From a virus, in IMG/VR virus record IMGVR_UViG_3300036859_000864, positions 1 to 64,000 of that record: a stretch of DNA of 64,000 nt. One strand, written 5' to 3'. The position numbers and the translations under genes are program-made. The stretch's first letter is position 1, and the number at the start of each line of letters is the position of its first letter. Below the pieces are notes generated by a model, which was not told the DNA's origin, did not search any database, and was given only the letters and a program-made list of their open reading frames with translations. Shown piece after piece: positions 57,813-64,000 of this stretch.

Positions 57813-60800
57813 GCAACGCACTCGATGAACGAATACCGCCGGGCGGCCTTTCAGTTGATGGCTCGGCAGAATCGCCGTTTCGGCGGTGCGGGGCGCCCTA
57901 CGATGAAGACCTACTTCGAGGGCGACGTGATGGGTCGGGAGATGGCTATCACGCTGGCCCGTCTGGGCTGGCTGACGCGGCTGGCCGGGCGAAACGGTAG
58001 GCCGTCTCAGGTGACTCTAACCGATGCGGGGCTGTGGGTTCTTGGGGGCGCGTCGTGAGCACCGTCGAAGACAAGCAGGCCGAGATTCCGGACCTCTTGG
58101 CGCAAGCCAAGGCGCTCGTCGCGGCCCTGGAATGCGCCGAATCGTGCGAATCCGAATCGGACTTTCAGGACAACGTCAGCGAGGCGCTCTCGCTCGCTCG
58201 CAGCATGAGCGTGGATTTGATTCTGCTCGCAAAAGACGCTTGAAATGATCGAATTGGAGCTTCGGCGGCAAATCGAAAAAGTGGCAGTCGCCTACGAACG
58301 CTCGATCGAGACGGTCGAGGTGGCGTACTCGGGCGGACCGACTCAGGACGGCGGTTGGGGTTGGTCCGTTCGAGTCGCGGCTGTAACGAAGAAGCACGGG
58401 GCCGGTAGAAGGGTGCTGGCCTCGGCTAGTTTTGCTTGGCACGAGACGCTGGTGGGCGCCGTCGAAGAATCGATCCGCAAGGCCCCATTCTACAAGCAGG
58501 AGAAACCGTGAATCGCGTTCGGATCATCGTTCGTGCGTGCCTGTGCGGCCGAAAGGCGGCCGGGATAGACGAGTGCTACGGCAGCACCCGGGCGCGCGAT
58601 AGCGGCTTAGGGTGCCCATGGAGGGCATCGTTGATGCACCCGCTCGACGAGCCCGATGGGCTCCAAAAGCTCGCCCAGTCAGATCTTCCGGTTCGCGATT
58701 TCGCCGATCAGTAGGGGATGTTGTTGAGGCGCTTCGCGTAGGACAAGACATGGCCCAAACTGAACTCGAAGACCTGTCGCCTTCCCAGAAAGAGTACCTG
58801 CACCTCGCCTACGTGCTCCAGAAGGCGAATGGGTGCGTAGACGCTCGCGGACGCGAGAGCTCTTCCTTCAAGTCCGGGATGAGACGCCTTGTCAAATTCG
58901 CGCTCGCTACCGAGCGATTCTCAGGCGTGTTCGATTTGACGGTGCTCGGGTCTAGGATCGGAGCCGACATCGAGGCCCAACGCGCCGAAGCCAAACGTAA
59001 GCGCATCGAAGCACGTGCGAAAGAATCGATTTGATGGCGCATTTTCCCTCTCAGATCGACGTCGACTTCTACCTCTCAAAGCAGAAGTTGCCGGCATGGG
59101 CTCAGAAGGTTCAGGCGGCCCGAGAGGCCAAGTTGCAACGAGCCTCGTGGAGCGTCGATGCCGCAGAGGGGATCGAATTCATCGTGAATGCCCACGCGGG
59201 CGTTCGAGGCTCCGACGGCGAGCGCGCGGCGCACAACCTCTTGGCCATTGTTCGGGGCTACCGTCGAAGGAAGGTCGATCTGGGGGCCGAGTTGCGCCAG
59301 TTGTCGACCAACCCCGGATGCGCCATCAACCCGGAAAAGCGGGCCGCGTTCGCGAGGAAGTGGGCCAGGCGACTCGGGGCGATCTGAGGGAAGGTATTGA
59401 ATACCAGTGGGGTACAACTAGGCATGGCTCACCAAATCATCGGAAACGCGACCTCCGAAACTGTCACCCGCAGCGATATCGTCGAGCTCCGAACCGTGGC
59501 CAGAATGGCCGACGATGATGATATGGATGACATCTGTGGGAGGGCGCTCGAGGGCGACGAGGACTCGATCCGTCACTGCGAGCGCGCTATCGCTCACCTC
59601 GTTGTAGTAGGTCTGCCGTGATGGCATCCAAGGCCCCCGTCGTCTCTCGCCCGACTCTCATCGGGGTCGCCCCACCTCGAGCGGGTAGCGCCCCCGAGCC
59701 TACCCGGAGCCTGACCCCTACGGGGCGCTACCGGATGAAGCCGGCGACCGTCGAGACGACCAAGCCGTTGCCTCACCTGCACGGCTTTCGGTACTCGGAA
59801 CTCGAGTTCGAGCAGCAGGTGTTCCTTCGGAGATTAAAGTCGTGGGGTCTCGCCCGCGTGGTCGACAGGATCGTGCAGATCCGCAAGTCGGCCGACGTCG
59901 GCTACGAGATCCCGTACGCAGAGGCCGTAGCGACCGCGAAGATCTTCGGGTTCGAGGTGCGGTCGTGAGTATCGAGAAGACCTACCTCTCACGTAAAGGC
60001 CGTGAGCTTTTGCAGAATCGAAGGATTGTTGCGGGTCAGCGAATCTGGTCGGGCGACACCATCGACGGTTTCCTGGTCGTTTTCTGCGATCAAGTTGATG
60101 ACGGGTTCTACGCCACGCTCTTTGCCTCTCGCGAGAATGGTAGGATCGTTGCTCGTTCGCTTGGAGGCACGTGGCTCGGAGCGACTTACGACTTGGAGCC
60201 CTCGTTGATCGCGGTTTGGCTGGATGCGATAGCGAACACGGCCTTGGGGCAGGTGCGGGCGTGAGCCAGCTCGTCCCTGACTTCCAGTGGCGATCGATCG
60301 TCAAGGTGACCCTCCACGGTTACTCGGAGAGCTCTGGAATGAATGGGCGGCGCGCCGTGCGCTACATCGCTGTCATAGGTGACGACTCGGTCGATGCGGA
60401 AGTCCCGAAGCTCGGGCCTATTCTCCAAAGCGACGTCGGCGGATGCCTAGTGATCGATTTGCTCGAGGACGATCGTGTCGAAGTCTACATCGTCGGGACT
60501 CGAGGTTCGGATCGCTCATCGGCGCCGAAGGCGGCCGTATGAGAGCCGCAGCCAAGATCGATCGAAAGCTCCGCTCGACCGCCGACGAGGCCAGCAAGAG
60601 TTACGACCCCGACGCCCGCGCCATCGCGGCGGTGATGGTGAAGCACTACGGCGACGAATCGGAGGCTGTCCTCAAGCGCGCGGCGCTGTTCTTGGACGAC
60701 GCACGAAAGGCTAAGCGATGAAGAAACAGGAAGATGAGTTCTACGAGATGACCGAGCAGGACGTCGGCAAGGCCGTTTACCAAATGATCGCAAAGAAGTG

Positions 60801-62291
60801 GCCCGATTTTGGAAGGGGCCCGGGGCCTATCAAAGCGTTCCCACCCGGAACCGCTATGACTCGCGATATCGGAAGGCGGATCTATCTTCGCAACGGGGAG
60901 CTGGACGTCGAAACCAACGGGGAGCGCGCTGAACGGCTCGCTTCGAGAGGGGAAACGATGAAAGACGAATTTCGAGAGATCACGCAAGACGACGTCGGCC
61001 TGGCGCTCTTCAAAGCTTTCAAGAAACATTGGGTGGTCGCCGACTTCATCGGCCGCATCACGTCGTTGGACGTCGGAAAGCGCGTGTTCTTGCGCGAGGG
61101 GGTCTTGCGGGTCGAAAGCAACGCCCAGCGGGCAGCTCGACTCAAGGATCCCCAAGCGGCCGTCGAGATCACCAAACTCGAAGCTGTGGGCCTCGTTCTG
61201 ACTACACTCCGAAATCGTCTCTCGCTCGTCAGTCGACCTCAGCGTGAGGAGGCCCTCGAGCTCTCGAAGAAATACGAAATCACCGCGGCAGATCTTGTCG
61301 AGTACGCCGTAGAGCAGGTGAAGAGGAATTCCTGATGAACTGGCTCTACGCCCTCGTGGCTCCTATCTTGTTCGCGGCGATCGTCTACAGATTCGGTCGG
61401 AAGTCGCTCTGCGAACGTATCGAGGAGCACCTGGCTCAAATCCAATTCGAGCACGCGCGTTGGGTGGCCATCTGCCTCGAGTGGACTCGCGGCAGGTACG
61501 ACAGAGAGGCCAAGATTGCGGCCGATCAAGTTGCCGTACTTCGGGGAGAGATCGACTTCTACAGACGTATGCTCAAACGGATCCGAAGCACTAGCGCGAA
61601 GGCTCGAACGTGAAAACCGCGAAACTCAACCCCTCTCAGGCTTGGCATCTTCAATGGGTCGCCGCCGCGTACCCTGGGCCGTTTCGAGAGATCTCGCGCT
61701 CGGCTGCGATGAACTCGCTGGCGCGCAAGGGGCTTGCGACGAAACGCCCTGCCGACGGTGTTCGTCGTCATCGTGGTCGGACGGATCGTCTCGCGGACTT
61801 CAAGCTCACGAGCGAGGGCCTGAAGGCTCTCGAGACAATCGACTCCGATTTGTTCAAGCGCGTGAGCGCATTGGTCTGCACTTTGAGCGGGGTCTGAAAA
61901 AATGTGGAACATGCAAATGTTTGGGCTCGCCGATTTCGCCATGCTGCACCAGCTCATCATGAACGAGAGGGTCTCGTTCAACCGAGCGTCCTTGCGTCAC
62001 GCGCACGCGGATTTGATGCAGAAGGCCGGACTCGTTGAAATCGAGGCGTTGCCGCAGAACGAGTGTCGAGTTCAAATCACAAGTGCCGGTAGAGTTCTCG
62101 CGAGCAAGGCGCACAGGCTCCTTTCTATCTGGTCATCTCAGCTCGCGGGGCACGACGAGCAGAGCTCCGCTTCGTTGCGGAAGGCGATTTCCGATGCCAA
62201 GGGGGCGCTCTCGCGGGCCTCGGAAGAGGTCGATGAGTTGGAGGCGGCGATGGCCGTTGCTCTCTCAACGCCGGAGCCGGAAGCGCTCTAA
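57810..62291 (+). CDS. Run of small early-type hypothetical genes (e.g. 57810-58058, 58055-58243, 58245-58511, 58750-59034, 59031-59387, 59424-59621, 59618-59968, 59965-60264, 60261-60542, 60539-60721, 60718-61335, 61335-61613, 61610-61897, 61902-62291)
   Basis: Co-oriented, mostly overlap-coupled ORFs; several wHTH-like. Confidence 0.6.
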
Positions 62292-63088
62292 TGCCCTCCC
62301 CTCTTCGACGTAGAGGTTCCACCGGCGAGGACCGACGCCGGCGTCGGTATCCCGACTATCAAGCCCCCGCACGCATGCCACGCCCACCGACAGCGAACTC
62401 GAACGAAGGTCCGTACATCGACCCTCGAGACACGACACCGCTCACGATTGAGGAATCGAAGGAATACGCGGCGCTAGCGATGGCCGGGAACGTATGCGCC
62501 AGGGACCGCATGGTTGCCTCGTGCGAGGGGATGTTGATCATTTGGGCCCGCAAGTACGCACGTAGAGTGCCTCATCTGTTCGACGATCTACTCTCGGAAT
62601 GCCGCCTAGCGGTCGCTCAGTCTGTACCTCTCTACAACGCGGAGCGCGGCATGAAGTTCTCGTCGTACGCGATGTTCCGCGTGAGGAACATGTGTTTCGA
62701 GCTGGTGCGGTCGCAGCGCTGGACGATAAATCTTCCGATCGTTCGGACCTACGAAAAAGCGAAACAGTACGGAGGGCGCCTTCGTACCAGATCGACGATT
62801 ATCGCCGGCGAGGACGGCGAGGAGTTCGAGATGACGATCCCGTCGTGGGACCCGTCCCCGGACTTCTTGGAGAACGAGTGTCTTCGAAATGCGTACTGGA
62901 CGGTGCTCACAGATCGGGAGAGAGACATCATTGAGTCTCGTATGCGACGCGAGGAAACGTTCGAATCGATTGGGGCTCGGTACAATTTGAGCCGAACCAG
63001 AATCCAGCAGTTCGAGGCTGATGCGTTCGAGAAGCTTCGCGTGCACCTCATACGGCTCCCGGAGTTCAAGAAAAGAGCGCACCGATGA
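62291..63088 (+). CDS. Sigma70-family RNA polymerase sigma factor
   Basis: ARDRMV, DDLL.E, YNAERGMKFSSYA (region 2); LTDRERDII..TFESIG..LSRTRIQQFE..AFEKLR (region 4). Confidence 0.88.
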   Translation: MPSPLRRRGSTGEDRRRRRYPDYQAPARMPRPPTANSNEGPYIDPRDTTPLTIEESKEYAALAMAGNVCARDRMVASCEGMLIIWARKYARRVPHLFDDLLSECRLAVAQSVPLYNAERGMKFSSYAMFRVRNMCFELVRSQRWTINLPIVRTYEKAKQYGGRLRTRSTIIAGEDGEEFEMTIPSWDPSPDFLENECLRNAYWTVLTDRERDIIESRMRREETFESIGARYNLSRTRIQQFEADAFEKLRVHLIRLPEFKKRAHR

Positions 63089-63782
63089 ACTCCGACGTGA
63101 AGCTGATCAAGCACACCGCCGAGTGCGATCATCCAGACGACCCTTCGTTCCCTTTCAAGCTCCACCTGGTGATGCGTCCGCCGGAGTTCATGATCGTGAC
63201 CTTCGTGATACTCTACGGCGGTACCGAAGAGGTGATCGCCCGCGGACGCTCGCTCGAGGCGCTTTCCGAATGGGCGGACGAGAACGGCCTCAAGGAGCAC
63301 TCTCGCTTTTTACGATACACCATCACAAATGAGAACGACGCCGTCGTCGAGGAGAAGAAGAGATGAGCACAGCAACCGCAACGAAGAAGCCGGAACCTGA
63401 GAAGCACACGTTCACACTCACCGTCGAAGTCAGCCCCGGTTGGGTCGAGTATCTGACGGAGTACGGCGACATTTTCGCATCAGATCGAGCCGGCTACTGG
63501 CTCCGCGGCGTCGAGCATGAGCCCAAGCTCGGCTGGCTTTGCTGGGAGGACGACGACAAGTGCCGTCCCGGCAAGGAACCCAATCGCCAGGTCGCCCTGA
63601 CGGCGTGGCGCGCCGGCGAAGCGCTCCCCGAGCACTGGTTCCGTCTCGACCGATCCGCCGCGCTGCGCGCTTGGGAGGGAGGAGTCAAGCGCTGGGGCGT
63701 AGACTGGTACGAGGAAGTCGATGCGATTCGCGAAGACGCCGTCGTGCAGCTCGCGCTCCTCGGAGAAACTCGATACGGCTGA
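63085..63782 (+). CDS. Two hypothetical genes (63085-63366, 63363-63782)
   Basis: ATGA-coupled to the sigma gene. Confidence 0.65.
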
Positions 63783-63788
63783 AAGAAA

Positions 63789-63917
63789 GGCACTCGAGTC
63801 GAGAGAGGGGTAAGAGCCCAAGCGGGTCGCGCCTAGTCGGTACCCGAAGCGCGTCACGTGCGGTCAAAGAATGCTAACGGCTAGCCGCGCTCTTACCTCT
63901 CCCTTGACTCGAGTGTC
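63789..63917 (+). ncRNA. Candidate pseudoknotted structured RNA
   Basis: 29-nt closing stem with three G-U pairs and one mismatch; inner pairings CGGGT/ACCCG and CTAGTCG/CGGCTAG. Confidence 0.55.
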
Positions 63918-64000
63918 TCGCCCGAGCTACCAACCCGCCGCCACTCGACGAGGCGCGGCAGCGCTTTCAACGAGACGGGGGCACCGCGCCATGTGGGAGG

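Larger units (their letters stand above)
1..64000. mobile_element. Bacteriophage/prophage-like genome segment (host probably Myxococcota)
   Basis: Dense small ORFs with ATGA/GTGA/TGATG overlaps; phage-type replication, recombination and nucleotide genes; no host housekeeping operons. Confidence 0.9.

Overview
The window looks like a 64-kb segment of a high-GC dsDNA bacteriophage or prophage-like virus. The host is probably Myxococcota, inferred from myxobacteria-style lipoproteins with PDGG/DAG linkers. There are no host housekeeping genes and no recognisable terminase, portal, HK97 capsid or tape-measure gene. About 1-9.8 kb is a putative virion module: a DUF3494 ice-binding protein, ConA/LamG and beta-helix receptor-binding-like proteins, a membrane-anchored SGNH esterase, a membrane-anchored lytic transglycosylase, a GH73-like muramidase and small membrane proteins. 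Three otherwise unrelated proteins there begin with the same peptide, M-x-x-[IL]-IGKGRYA-x-x-TYPE, a candidate modular virion-docking tag and the best lead for a new system. About 9.8-20.6 kb holds a nitrilase, a papain-like peptidase, a HerA-like ATPase, a Cre-like recombinase with an RHH regulator and an 11-bp tandem array, and a complete tmRNA (tag ANDNAAIAA, non-canonical T-loop). About 20.6-49.5 kb covers replication and nucleotide metabolism: ThyX, dCMP deaminase, a UDG-PolA fusion, a Dam-like methylase, DnaQ, a Sak4-like ATPase, an SSB-like protein, a PD-(D/E)xK nuclease, a VapE helicase with an adjacent putative origin, and a primase with a DCL-like tail. About 49.5-64 kb contains small early-type genes, a rhomboid protease, a repeated 46-nt promoter cassette and a sigma factor. 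Two pseudoknotted RNA-like elements of shared topology lie at 14.2 kb and 63.8 kb. All family assignments come from motif recognition by eye, not database searches.
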